From positions 27,618 through 91,617 of IMG/VR virus record IMGVR_UViG_3300030708_003106: 64,000 nt of DNA. One strand, written 5' to 3'. Origin of the DNA: a virus. Taxonomy: Duplodnaviria > Caudoviricetes. Each line of letters opens with the position of its first letter. Position 1 is the first letter of the stretch. Under the pieces are notes generated by a model. The model searched no databases. It worked only from the letters and a program-made list of their open reading frames with translations, and was not told the DNA's origin. Made by a program: the position numbers and the translations under genes. Shown here in pieces: positions 47,739 to 58,819 of the stretch.

Positions 47739-49277
47739 ATGTCTGAGATTAGAGTCAATAGTATTAAGAATGAGGCAGGTTCAGGTGCTGTTGAACTGAC
47801 TCATGGCGCTACTATCCCTTCTGGAGCATCTCTTAGCGGTGCTGGAGGATTAAATGTTACTGGCGTTGTAACTGCCACATCGTTCAGTGGACCATTAACA
47901 GGAGATGTTACTGGTACTGCAAGTAATGCAACCACTCTTGCTGATGGAGCAAACATTACTACAGGAACTATTAGTGACGATCGATTACCCGATCTAATTT
48001 CTTCAAATGTTCATGTTATTTCTGGAGTATCAACATTTGCAAATGTTAGTGCAAATTCTATTGTAGGTGCATTAACTGGAGACGTAACAGGTACTGCAAC
48101 AACAGCAACTATTGCGAATGCATTACAAGGAACTCCTAATATTGAAGTGGGAGTAATTACTGCAGTATCGGCAGAATTTTCTGGTAGTGTAACTATTGGA
48201 GGAACATTAACCTATGAAGATGTTAAAAATGTAGATTCTGTTGGTGTTGTTACTGCTAATATTGGTATTGATGTTGTTGCTGGTGGAATTGATGTAACTG
48301 CTGGCGGCATCAATGTTCAAGCTGGCATTTTGACTGCTGTTACTATTAGTGCAGGTGATTATACTGGAACTGGTAATGTTAATGCAGCTAATGTATCTGC
48401 TTCTAGTTCAGTAACAGCTGCTAATTTCTATGGAAATCTTACCGGTATTGCAGATACAGCAAATCGTCTTTCTAATGCTGCAAATATTACTACAGGAACT
48501 ATTAGTGATGATAGATTGCCAGCAACGATTACTTCTGACATCACAGGTAATGCTGCCACTGCTACAACGGCAACTTATGTAACTTATGTTGGATCATGGA
48601 CTCTTGGTGCGGATGGAGGAAATTCATATTATACTTTCACTGGTCAGGGGTTTGATGGAACAGAACAAAATCCAGAAATAACTGTTTTACGGGGACAGAG
48701 ATACAGATTTATCAATAATATGAATGCTCATCCGTTTCAACTTGAAACAGTGGCGGGTGTTGCATTAACATCAGGGGACGGTGTTTCTGGAGACAATCCA
48801 TTACAAGAGGGAACACAATTCTGGGATGTTCGAATGGATGAGGCATCCGAACTACAGTATGTGTGTACATCACACGCTGCTATGAAAGGCAGAATACACG
48901 TAGTAAATGCTGGAATTGGAGCAAGCACTGACGTAAATACCTCTGGAATAATTACTGCATCTGAATTTGTTGGACCATTAACTGGTACAGCATCCACTGC
49001 TCTTAGTTTAGCTACAGTAGGTGCCACTGGTACTGATCTTACATTGAGTGGTGTTGCTACTGCAACAGGATTCGTTGGTGGTTTAACTGGCAATGTTACT
49101 GGAAATGCATCTGGATTGACAGATGGAGGTTATAATTTAAATACTTCTGGAATCATTACTGCTACTGGTGGTTTTATTGGCGCAGCATCAACTACTCCCG
49201 TAGTCATAACGCATAGTGCTGGAGTATTAACATTCACTGTTGCTGGTATTGGTTCTACCTCCCTTGCATTAGCATAA
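47739..49277 (+). CDS. Tail-fibre-like protein with cupredoxin-like module
   Basis: GIITAT / G(D/N)VTG repeats; AHPF...YVCTSHAAM; ATAAATA at 47705. Confidence 0.7.
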   Translation: MSEIRVNSIKNEAGSGAVELTHGATIPSGASLSGAGGLNVTGVVTATSFSGPLTGDVTGTASNATTLADGANITTGTISDDRLPDLISSNVHVISGVSTFANVSANSIVGALTGDVTGTATTATIANALQGTPNIEVGVITAVSAEFSGSVTIGGTLTYEDVKNVDSVGVVTANIGIDVVAGGIDVTAGGINVQAGILTAVTISAGDYTGTGNVNAANVSASSSVTAANFYGNLTGIADTANRLSNAANITTGTISDDRLPATITSDITGNAATATTATYVTYVGSWTLGADGGNSYYTFTGQGFDGTEQNPEITVLRGQRYRFINNMNAHPFQLETVAGVALTSGDGVSGDNPLQEGTQFWDVRMDEASELQYVCTSHAAMKGRIHVVNAGIGASTDVNTSGIITASEFVGPLTGTASTALSLATVGATGTDLTLSGVATATGFVGGLTGNVTGNASGLTDGGYNLNTSGIITATGGFIGAASTTPVVITHSAGVLTFTVAGIGSTSLALA

Positions 49278-49324
49278 TAGTAAAGGACCAAAAAGTCCAA
49301 TAAATAAAGAAAAACCTGTATCCA

Positions 49325-50878
49325 ATGGCTGCCATTATAACTGACCAGATTAGAATATTAAATGCGAAAAATTTTGTGGATGGAGTCAAATCCTCAAGCA
49401 ATTCGTATTATTCTTTTATTGGATTACCTAATGCTCCCAATTTTCAACCAGATTGGGATAATAATCCACCATCTCCCAAAGATAATTTCAATGAGGAGAA
49501 TGATTATTGGGATACTATGATCGCATTAAAGAAGATTACTTCTTCTGATGTGAGGCAGGTTATATCTAAGAGAGATTGGTCATCGGGAACTACTTATGAC
49601 ATGTATCGTCATGATTATAGTAGATCTAATACCGCTCCCATATCAGGTGCCACTAACTTATATTCTTCGGCATTTTATGTTTTAAATAGCGACTATAGAG
49701 TTTATATTTGCCTTCAAAACGGAACGGATCCAGATAATCCAAATGGTAGACCATCTCTTGACGAACCAACATTTACTGATTTAGAACCAAGATCAGCTGG
49801 AAGTAGTGGTGATGGTTATATTTGGAAGTATCTTTATACAATTAGACCAAGTGATATTATAAAATTTGAATCTACAGACTTTATGCCTGTACCTCAAGAT
49901 TGGTCTACTGCTACTGATAATGCCTCAGTAAGAGATAATTCCGTTGATGGATCTATTAAAATTGCAACCATTACAAATAGAGGAATTGCTGTTGGACCAG
50001 AGGGTGGTACAGAATATACAAGAGTTCCTATTAAAGGTGATGGTACTGGAGCAGAGTGTACAATCGTAACAAATAATGATAGGAAGGTTCAATCAGTAAC
50101 TATTTCAAATCAAGGTTCTGGTTACACTTATGGAACCATAGATTTAGAAGGGGGTGGAGTTCCAACAGGGACCACAAGACCTACTTTTGACGTTATTATT
50201 AGTCCACAAGGAGGACATGGTGCAGATATTTACAGAGAATTGGGTGCTTATAACGTTTTAATGTATTCAAGAATTGAAAATGATATTTCTAACCCAGACT
50301 TTATTACAGGAAATCAAATTGCAAGAATTGGTATTGTAGAAAATCCAAGAAGATCTGATTCTTCTATTTTAACTTTAGATAAAGCTAGTGCAGTTGCTGC
50401 ACTCAGATTGACAGGCACTGGATACAGTTCTGCAACTTTCGATGCAGATTCATACGTAACTCAAACTATTTCTGCAGGTTCTACTGCAATTGGCAGAGTA
50501 ATTAGTTACAATCAAACAACAGGTGTTTTAAAGTATTGGCAAGATAGAACAACTGCAGGATTTACCACAGCAGGAATTGGTGTAACTAATCCAACATATG
50601 GATTAGATTCTCTTCAGTTTACAAGTACTCCTGGTACAGGAGGAAATCTTACAATTATCCCATCATCTGGGGCAAATTTGGCAATTGATACTTCATTCAC
50701 AGGTCTCTCTACCGTAATAAATAATCGTACATACTATCTTGGTCAGGAATATACCAATGGTCTTGCTGATCCTGAAGTGAAAAAATATACTGGAAATATT
50801 ATCTATGTTGATAATAGACCATCTATTACAAGGTCATCAAACCAAAAAGAAGATATCAAAGTCATTTTGCAGTTCTAA
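49325..50878 (+). CDS. gp8: Baseplate wedge subunit gp8
   Basis: MAAIITDQIRI, YRVYICLQNG, DGYIWKYLYTI, IIYVDNRP; ATAAATA at 49300. Confidence 0.9.
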   Translation: MAAIITDQIRILNAKNFVDGVKSSSNSYYSFIGLPNAPNFQPDWDNNPPSPKDNFNEENDYWDTMIALKKITSSDVRQVISKRDWSSGTTYDMYRHDYSRSNTAPISGATNLYSSAFYVLNSDYRVYICLQNGTDPDNPNGRPSLDEPTFTDLEPRSAGSSGDGYIWKYLYTIRPSDIIKFESTDFMPVPQDWSTATDNASVRDNSVDGSIKIATITNRGIAVGPEGGTEYTRVPIKGDGTGAECTIVTNNDRKVQSVTISNQGSGYTYGTIDLEGGGVPTGTTRPTFDVIISPQGGHGADIYRELGAYNVLMYSRIENDISNPDFITGNQIARIGIVENPRRSDSSILTLDKASAVAALRLTGTGYSSATFDADSYVTQTISAGSTAIGRVISYNQTTGVLKYWQDRTTAGFTTAGIGVTNPTYGLDSLQFTSTPGTGGNLTIIPSSGANLAIDTSFTGLSTVINNRTYYLGQEYTNGLADPEVKKYTGNIIYVDNRPSITRSSNQKEDIKVILQF

Positions 50879-50884
50879 AAAATC

Positions 50885-53800
50885 ATGCCACAGCAAACTA
50901 ATCTCAACGTAGCTCCATATTTTGACGATTTTGATCCTGCGAATGATTATCATAGGGTGTTATTTAAACCTGGATATCCTGTTCAGGCTAGAGAATTAAC
51001 TAGTTTACAGTCTATATTACAAAACCAAATTGAAAAGTTTGGTCAACACTTCTTTAAGGAAGGCGAAAAGGTAATTCCTGGAAATACTGGTTATAGTCAA
51101 TTATATTACTGCATTCAACTTGAAAATATTTACCAAGGAGTACCAGTTTCTGCTTATGCGGATCAATTGGTTGGAACAAAAATTACTGGACTAACCTCTG
51201 GTGTTACTGCGTATGTTGATTATATACTGCTGCCCGAAGACTCAGAAAGAAATACATTAACACTTTATATCAATTACTTAGGTTCTAGCACTACAAATAA
51301 TTCTACTCAAGTCTTTAGTGATGGAGAAGAATTATCTTGCAGTGATATTATTACTTCTGGACTAATAGGAAATGCATCCATAGAAGTAGGATCTCCATTC
51401 GCAATCACTATTGCAAATGAAGCTGCTGCGACTGGATCTTCATTTCAAATTGAAAGTGGTGTTTATTTTGTAAGAGGTCATTTTGTAAATGTTAGTAGAG
51501 AAACTTTAATATTAGATCAATACAGCAGCAAACCTAATTATAGAATTGGTTTGTTTGTAAATGAAGAGATTATTAATGCAGACCTTGATGAAGATCTGAA
51601 TGATAATTCTCAGGGTTATAATAATTATGCAGCACCAGGTGCAGATAGATTAAAACTTTCAGTAAGTCTATTCAAAAAGGCACTTAACGATTTTGATGAT
51701 ACTAACTTTGTTGAATTAGCAACTGTAACTGACGGAAATATTAGGACAAAGGCACGAAGAGGAGATCTCGGTGGTGGACCAGGATATAATAATATTGAAG
51801 ATACATTAGCAAGAAGAACATTTGCAGAATCTGGCGATTACTACGTTAAACCATTTGACATTTCTGTTGTTGATTCGTTAAATGATAATCTAGGTAATAG
51901 AGGGTTATATAGAGAAAATCAATTAACTTCTAATGGAGAAACACCCTCAGATGATTTAGGAGTTTATAGAATTTCACCAGGAAGAGCATTTGTTCGTGGT
52001 TATGAAGTAGAAACATTACAACCTACTTTTATTGATGTAGAAAAACCAAGAACAACCAGATTGATTGAAAACGAGTCATTAATTTATAATACTGGATCAT
52101 CATTAAACGTCAATAGAGTTTACAGAACTCCAACTATAGGGTTGGGAAATACCTACTATGTTAGTTTAAGAGATTCTAGGATAGGGTCTAGTCAAGAAGT
52201 AGCTCCAGGCAATGAGATTGGACTTGCAAGAGTATATGATTTTAAATTAGAATCTGGAACATATAGTGATTCAAATGCAGATGATAATGAGTGGGGACTT
52301 TCATTATTTGATGTTCAAACTTATACAAACTTAACTTTAAATTCTTCAGTAACTCTTACTGTACCAACTCATATTAAAGGTGCTAATAGTGGAGCTACTG
52401 CTTTCTTAAAAGATCCAGTAACAGCTGGTGTTGCTCTTACAGTTTATGAAAAGAGTGGTAATTTTATCGAAAATGAATCTTTGATTTTTAATGGAATAAA
52501 CGATGGAAGAATTGCTGTTGCAGTAACTGAACACGGAATATCAAAAGTAAAATCTATTTTTGGAACAACTGATGGTACAATTGGAATTAATACATTTAGT
52601 GCAGATGTAATTCAATCTACAGCATTTAATGTCGGAATCGCAACTGTCAGTCCAGGATTAACAAATGGGCAAAGCACTGTCAGAAGCGCAAATCCACTCT
52701 TCCCAGGGAATATTGTCATTGGAGATGTAATTTCCTATACTGATATAGCATCATCAGATGATCCAATTTTCGCTAAAGTTGAGTCTGTAGCGACTAATTC
52801 AATTACTATTTCGGGTGTTACAACTGTTTCTGGAGTTGCAGATGGAAAACTCCCAGGATCAGCATTAAATGTTACAGATTTCAAAATTTTAAAAACTAAT
52901 TTAGAGGAATCTACTGATAATACACTTTACACGAGATTACCCAAAGGAAACGTTTCTGACGTTGACTTAACAAATGCATCATTGACTATAAGAAAGTCAT
53001 TTACAGTCAATATTGTAAATAATCAAATCACTACAGGAACATTACCAAGAGCGGCAGATGGTGAAGTATTTTTACCTTTCACTCCCGCAAGATATTCCTT
53101 AGTAAGATTTGATGGATCTACAGAAGAATTAACTGCAGATAAGTTTGACTTTGGTTCTGGTGATTTCTGTCAGATTCGCAATTTGGGTTCTGATGATACT
53201 GGAGCGACACTAGTTGCAACTTTATCCAAGAGAAATATAAAAGCAAAAGTAAAAAATAAAAATAAAACAAACGCTATTATTATTGACAAATCCAAGTATT
53301 CTGGATCTGGAACTGGTGATACAACTCTTAATGATGGATTAACTTATGGCAATTTTGCATTTGGAACAAGAGTTCAGGATGAAACAATTTCTCTGAACGT
53401 TCCAGATGTTATTGAAATACATGGAATTTTTGAATCTTCTGATACAAATGATCCATCTGCTCCAAAATTAACCCTCGAAGCATTAAATACTCCATCTACA
53501 ACTACGGTAGATTTGACTCTGGGTGAAATTTTAGTAGGAGAAACAAGCGGTGCTACTGCAATTTATGTTGAAAGAAATTCAGATACTGTCATATCAGTTG
53601 TTTACAAAAATGATATTAAATTTAAAGAGGGAGAAAGAATTTCTTTCAAAGAGTCTGCATCAACTGGAACTATTACAAGAGTAGATGCAAATAGTTTTGA
53701 AATATCAGGAAGTTATACATTTGATACTGGACAAGAGTCAACTATTTACAACTATGCTTCAATCACAAGAAGACCAGAAGCATCTGAACCAACCAAAAAA

Positions 53801-56800
53801 TTAAAAGTTTACTTTACAAGTGCTTCATACGATTCTACTGATGATGGAGATATTACCACTGTAAATTCTTATAAGAATTTTAGTTATTCTAGAGAGATAA
53901 TGGCAGTAGAAGGTATTCTAAATGCCGATATCATCGATATAAGACCTAGAGTATCAAACTACACAGTATCTGCAGATCAGAGATCTCCACTAGAATTCCT
54001 TGGAAGATCGTTTAATCAATCTGGAAATTCTTCTCCAAATATTTTGGCATCGGACGAAAATCTTTTGATCAACTTTAACTACTATCTCGGTAGAATTGAC
54101 AGAATTTTCTTAAATAAAGAAGGAAAGTTCCAAGTAAAATATGGAACTCCTTCGGAAAATCCAGAAGTTCCTGTACCAGTTGATGAAGCACTGGAAATTG
54201 CTACTGTAGTATTTCCACCATATCTTTATAATAACGAGGATGCAGATATTTCATTCCTTGAGCATAAAAGATATAGAATGGTCGATATCAAAGACCTTGA
54301 GAATAGAATTAAGAATCTTGAATATTATACTTCACTTTCTTTACTTGAGGCAAATACAGTAAACTTATTTGTTCCAGACCAAGATGGATTAAATAGATTC
54401 AAGTCTGGATTCTTTGTTGATAATTTTAATGATTTCAGACCTCAAGATAGTGAAATTCCCATCAATAATAGTATTGATAGAAAACGTAAGGAAATACGTC
54501 CAAGACACTACACAAATTCAATTGATTTAATTCCTGGACCTGTCACAGGTTTAGATCCTAATGAAGACTTAGAATTTTCTACAATTGAGGGTGTCAATGT
54601 AAGAAGAGACAGCGATGTCATTACTCTTGATTATAATGAAGTTGAGTGGTTGAAACAAACATTTGCTACTAGAACTGAAAGTGTAACTCCATTCCTTATT
54701 AGTTTTTGGAACGGAACTTTGGAATTAACTCCAGCAACTGATACTTGGGTAGACACTACAAGACTTGAAGCTAAGATTATCCAGGCAGAAGGAAATTACA
54801 GCACTACTTTGGCAGATGCTGCCAGAACTCTGAATGTAGATCCACAAACTGGATTTTCTCCTGTTGTATGGAATGCATGGAATACTCAATGGACTGGAAC
54901 CACTGTTAGAAACAGCACTAGAACTTTACAATCTTCTAGTTCTCACGTTTTTGGAAGAGGTGGATGGATTAATGGCGGTAGAGGTGGTCCTGCTGCTAGA
55001 ATTCAAAGAACAACTACAACTACAACCACACAAACTCTTCAGCAGACTATTCAACATGGTATTGATCGAAGAGATGGAATAAGGACTATCGTTCACGAAG
55101 AATTTGAAAGACAGTCTGTTGGTGATAGAGTTGTCAATAGAGAAGTTGTTGCAATTATGAGATCTAGAAACGTACAATTCGTTTCTAAGAAAGTAAAACC
55201 TCTGACAAGACTCTATACATTCTTTGATGGTTATGATGTAACAAAATACTGTATACCTAAATTATTAGAAATTTCCATGACCAATGGAGTTTTTGAGGTA
55301 GGGGAGACTGTAATTGGAAGAGTTGAAAAAACTGGATTAGATCAAGACAATACTACGACTACTCCAGAAATCAGATTTAGAGTAGCACAATCTAACCATA
55401 GAGAAGGACCTTACAATTCTCCAACAGTAACATATCCAGAAAATCCATATACTGGTACTACATTACCAACAGATTATTCTTCAACTTCCAGTATTTTGAA
55501 TGTTGATACTTTTTCACTTTCAAATGAAGTTCAAGGTTCATATTATGGATGGGCTGAAGAGGGAATGGTTTTAGTCGGTGCTTCTAGTGGTGCAACTGCA
55601 ACTATAACAAATTACAGACTCGTATCTGATTTATCAGCAACTCTTATTGGTAGTTTCTATATTCCCGATCCAAATAATCCAAATCATCCAAAATTTGAAA
55701 CGGGAACCAAAACCTTTACAATAACAAATGATGAAGATAATGATGTAGATAATGCTACTACCATTGCAGAAGAAACCTTTACTTCATCTGGAACTATTGA
55801 GACTGTTCAAGAAAATATTATTTCTCTCAGAAATGCTAGGATTGAAAGGCGAAGAGAGTTCCAAGAAAGAAACGTCAATAGAGATCTTGGAACAAGAGTT
55901 ACTTCAAGTAGATCTACCAGTAGTACAAGAGAAGCTATTATTGGTTGGTATGATCCCCTTGCACAATCTTTCTTGGTTGAAGATGATACTGGGGTATTCA
56001 TTACAAAGTGTGATGTATTCTTCCAATCTAAAGATGACATGGATATTCCAGTTGTCTTCCAGATCAGAACAATGGAAAATGGATTCCCAACTCCAAATGT
56101 TCTTCCATTCTCTGAGATTGTTCTAGATCCGTCTGACGTTAATATTTCTGCTGATGGATCAGTTGCTACTACATTTGAATTTAAGGCACCAGTCTATCTT
56201 GCTGGTGGTAATACTGAGTATGCGATTGCTTTGGCATCAAACTCTACGAAATATAGTGTTTACATTTCTAGAATCGGAGAGAATGATATTCTGAGTGATA
56301 CATTCATTTCTAACCAACCATATCTTGGTTCACTCTTTAAATCACAAAACGCATCTACTTGGGAACCAAGTCAATGGGAAGATCTTAAATTCACCTTGTA
56401 TAGAGCAGACTTTGTAGAAGCTGGAAGTGTCGAATTCTACAATCCAGAATTGTCAGAGGGTAATGGTCAAATTCCAACTCTCATGCCACAATCGCTGAAC
56501 TTCCAGTCAAGACAAATTAGAGTTGGTCTAGGAACTACTTTAGGTGATACTGGATATGCAAATGGAAACACCTTCACTCAGACTGGAACTAATGCAACTG
56601 GTAATCTTGTAGGAACTGCAGGAAGTGTTACTGGAACTTTAAGTATTACCAATGCTGGAATTGGTTATACTCCTAGTATTGGAGGCGTAACATTTAATGG
56701 TGTTAATCTTGTTACATTAACAGGAAAAGGAAGAGGTGCTACTGCAAATGTTACTATTAGTAGTGGTGTCGCTGCAGCAGCAACTATTTCTAATGGTGGA

Positions 56801-58402
56801 TCTGGATATCAGGTTGGAGATGTTTTAGGTATTTCTACAATTGGAATTTCTTCTGTCGGTAGAGATGCAAGACTGTCTGTTGTTGCAATTGGTCAAACGA
56901 GTGAACTTATATTAGATAATGTACAGGGTCAGTGGATTGTTGGATCTGCTAATACTATTTTCTATACAAATAGTTCTGGAATTTCAACCGAATTAAATTA
57001 TGATAATGGTGGCGATATTCAAGTTTCAACTATTAATGTTGATCGTGATGGACTTCATGTCAAAGTTGACCATCAGAATCATGGTATGTATTTTGATGAC
57101 AACTTAGTTAGAATAACTGGAGCAGAAACTGATGTAAAACCAACTAAATTAACTGGTGCTCTTTCTCTTGGAGATACAACACCAATTACATTAGAGGATG
57201 CGTCTTCATTTGCACAATTTGAAGGTGTTGGAGTGGGAACTACTAATGTGGGATATGCACTCATTGGAGATGAAATTATTGAATATACTACTGTTGATGG
57301 AAATAATCTTGGCGGTAATATTGTTAGAGGATCCAATCAGAGAGGAGTATATCCTGTAGGAACACCTGTTTATAAGTATGAACTTAATGGAATTAATTTA
57401 CATAGAATCAATAAAGTTCATGACTTGTCCGATTCAACTGTAACAAATCCAATAACATATGATTCTTACACTATTAAGTTAGATACATCTGAACTCATAA
57501 ATTCTAACAATGATGACAGAAGTGATAATGTAGGATTCCATCAATTATATCCAACTACCACAAAATCAACAGGTGGATATAAGATCAGAGCATCTCAAAA
57601 TATGCCATTTGAAATTGCTACACCTCAAATTCAGACATTAACAGTTTCTGGAACGAATGTAACCGCTGAAATGAGAACTTTAACAAGTCAATCAATAAGT
57701 GGATCCGAAATTCCTTATGTTGATGCCGGATACGAACCTGTAACAATTAACGAATCAAATTACTTTGAAACTCCAAGAATGGTTGCATCTAAAGTAAATG
57801 AAGATGCAAAACTTACCAATATTCCTGGAGCAAAATCTCTGAATCTGAGAATGTCTCTTACAACTACTGATACGAGAGTAAGTCCTGTTATTGACTCCCA
57901 GAGAGTTAGTGCAATTCTTACTTCAAATAGAGTTAATAATCCAATCAGTGATTATGTAACTGATCCAAGAGTGAATACACTTACTGAAGATCCACATGCG
58001 TTCCAATATATTTCTAAAGAAATTAACTTGGAAAATCCTGCATCTTCATTAAAGATACTTGTCAATGCACATATCAATCTTGATAATGACATTAGAGCAT
58101 TCTATGCAATAAGTGACAAGGTTGGTTTTAATCCAATTTTCGAACCATTCCCTGGATTTGATAATTTGGATCGCAGAGGAAGAGTAATCAATTCCGCATT
58201 AAATAGTGGAAGATCTGATAAGAGTGTTCCTAAAGCCAATTTTAAATCTTTTGAGGGAGAGCAATTACAGTATAGTGAATTTACATTTAGTGTTGATGAT
58301 CTCCCCGCATTTAGATCATATAAGATTAAAATTGTTATGTCATCAACCAATCAAGTTTATGTTCCAAGAATGAAAGATCTGAGAGTAATCGCATTAGCAT
58401 AA
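50885..58402 (+). CDS. VrlC/DUF4815-like large virion structural protein
   Basis: PYFDDF...VLFKPGYPVQARELT, APGADR, RFKSGFFVDNF, DPLAQSF. Confidence 0.85.
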   Translation: MPQQTNLNVAPYFDDFDPANDYHRVLFKPGYPVQARELTSLQSILQNQIEKFGQHFFKEGEKVIPGNTGYSQLYYCIQLENIYQGVPVSAYADQLVGTKITGLTSGVTAYVDYILLPEDSERNTLTLYINYLGSSTTNNSTQVFSDGEELSCSDIITSGLIGNASIEVGSPFAITIANEAAATGSSFQIESGVYFVRGHFVNVSRETLILDQYSSKPNYRIGLFVNEEIINADLDEDLNDNSQGYNNYAAPGADRLKLSVSLFKKALNDFDDTNFVELATVTDGNIRTKARRGDLGGGPGYNNIEDTLARRTFAESGDYYVKPFDISVVDSLNDNLGNRGLYRENQLTSNGETPSDDLGVYRISPGRAFVRGYEVETLQPTFIDVEKPRTTRLIENESLIYNTGSSLNVNRVYRTPTIGLGNTYYVSLRDSRIGSSQEVAPGNEIGLARVYDFKLESGTYSDSNADDNEWGLSLFDVQTYTNLTLNSSVTLTVPTHIKGANSGATAFLKDPVTAGVALTVYEKSGNFIENESLIFNGINDGRIAVAVTEHGISKVKSIFGTTDGTIGINTFSADVIQSTAFNVGIATVSPGLTNGQSTVRSANPLFPGNIVIGDVISYTDIASSDDPIFAKVESVATNSITISGVTTVSGVADGKLPGSALNVTDFKILKTNLEESTDNTLYTRLPKGNVSDVDLTNASLTIRKSFTVNIVNNQITTGTLPRAADGEVFLPFTPARYSLVRFDGSTEELTADKFDFGSGDFCQIRNLGSDDTGATLVATLSKRNIKAKVKNKNKTNAIIIDKSKYSGSGTGDTTLNDGLTYGNFAFGTRVQDETISLNVPDVIEIHGIFESSDTNDPSAPKLTLEALNTPSTTTVDLTLGEILVGETSGATAIYVERNSDTVISVVYKNDIKFKEGERISFKESASTGTITRVDANSFEISGSYTFDTGQESTIYNYASITRRPEASEPTKKLKVYFTSASYDSTDDGDITTVNSYKNFSYSREIMAVEGILNADIIDIRPRVSNYTVSADQRSPLEFLGRSFNQSGNSSPNILASDENLLINFNYYLGRIDRIFLNKEGKFQVKYGTPSENPEVPVPVDEALEIATVVFPPYLYNNEDADISFLEHKRYRMVDIKDLENRIKNLEYYTSLSLLEANTVNLFVPDQDGLNRFKSGFFVDNFNDFRPQDSEIPINNSIDRKRKEIRPRHYTNSIDLIPGPVTGLDPNEDLEFSTIEGVNVRRDSDVITLDYNEVEWLKQTFATRTESVTPFLISFWNGTLELTPATDTWVDTTRLEAKIIQAEGNYSTTLADAARTLNVDPQTGFSPVVWNAWNTQWTGTTVRNSTRTLQSSSSHVFGRGGWINGGRGGPAARIQRTTTTTTTQTLQQTIQHGIDRRDGIRTIVHEEFERQSVGDRVVNREVVAIMRSRNVQFVSKKVKPLTRLYTFFDGYDVTKYCIPKLLEISMTNGVFEVGETVIGRVEKTGLDQDNTTTTPEIRFRVAQSNHREGPYNSPTVTYPENPYTGTTLPTDYSSTSSILNVDTFSLSNEVQGSYYGWAEEGMVLVGASSGATATITNYRLVSDLSATLIGSFYIPDPNNPNHPKFETGTKTFTITNDEDNDVDNATTIAEETFTSSGTIETVQENIISLRNARIERRREFQERNVNRDLGTRVTSSRSTSSTREAIIGWYDPLAQSFLVEDDTGVFITKCDVFFQSKDDMDIPVVFQIRTMENGFPTPNVLPFSEIVLDPSDVNISADGSVATTFEFKAPVYLAGGNTEYAIALASNSTKYSVYISRIGENDILSDTFISNQPYLGSLFKSQNASTWEPSQWEDLKFTLYRADFVEAGSVEFYNPELSEGNGQIPTLMPQSLNFQSRQIRVGLGTTLGDTGYANGNTFTQTGTNATGNLVGTAGSVTGTLSITNAGIGYTPSIGGVTFNGVNLVTLTGKGRGATANVTISSGVAAAATISNGGSGYQVGDVLGISTIGISSVGRDARLSVVAIGQTSELILDNVQGQWIVGSANTIFYTNSSGISTELNYDNGGDIQVSTINVDRDGLHVKVDHQNHGMYFDDNLVRITGAETDVKPTKLTGALSLGDTTPITLEDASSFAQFEGVGVGTTNVGYALIGDEIIEYTTVDGNNLGGNIVRGSNQRGVYPVGTPVYKYELNGINLHRINKVHDLSDSTVTNPITYDSYTIKLDTSELINSNNDDRSDNVGFHQLYPTTTKSTGGYKIRASQNMPFEIATPQIQTLTVSGTNVTAEMRTLTSQSISGSEIPYVDAGYEPVTINESNYFETPRMVASKVNEDAKLTNIPGAKSLNLRMSLTTTDTRVSPVIDSQRVSAILTSNRVNNPISDYVTDPRVNTLTEDPHAFQYISKEINLENPASSLKILVNAHINLDNDIRAFYAISDKVGFNPIFEPFPGFDNLDRRGRVINSALNSGRSDKSVPKANFKSFEGEQLQYSEFTFSVDDLPAFRSYKIKIVMSSTNQVYVPRMKDLRVIALA

Positions 58403-58403
58403 T

Positions 58404-58631
58404 ATGAAAGAATATCATGGAGTTGAGGGTCACGGAGATTTGCTTCGTGACCCAAAAACAAATTCAATAGTAAATTCAAATTCAGTCGAATATGAGCAAT
58501 ATGTTTCCAGAAGAAATGTAAAACGTGAAAAGAATCAAAAAGTACAAAATATTGAAGAAGAAGTTGCTAATATAAAGAGTGATATTAACGAAATCAAGTC
58601 TTTACTAAAGGAGTTATTAAATGGATCCTGA
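58404..58631 (+). CDS. Small coiled-coil protein
   Basis: VEGHGDLLRDP...IKSDINEIKSLL. Confidence 0.75.
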   Translation: MKEYHGVEGHGDLLRDPKTNSIVNSNSVEYEQYVSRRNVKREKNQKVQNIEEEVANIKSDINEIKSLLKELLNGS

Positions 58632-58785
58632 TTCAATTACACTTAGCAATTTATCAAAAAGTTTTGCATATCAAAAAATAGCAAAAGAAATTGATGGATG
58701 TGAAAGTATCGATCAATTGAGAGATATTGCAAAGTCTTTCTGCAAACTTTATTATAAGCAGCAAGAAACGCTTGAAAAGATTTAA
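58621..58785 (+). CDS. Small helical protein (54 aa)
   Basis: Hand-translated MDPDSITLSNLSKSFAYQKI...KLYYKQQETLEKI; AGGAG RBS. Confidence 0.7.
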   Translation: MDPDSITLSNLSKSFAYQKIAKEIDGCESIDQLRDIAKSFCKLYYKQQETLEKI

Positions 58786-58819
58786 CCTAAATACACTTAG
58801 GAAAAACTCTTGTGAATAA

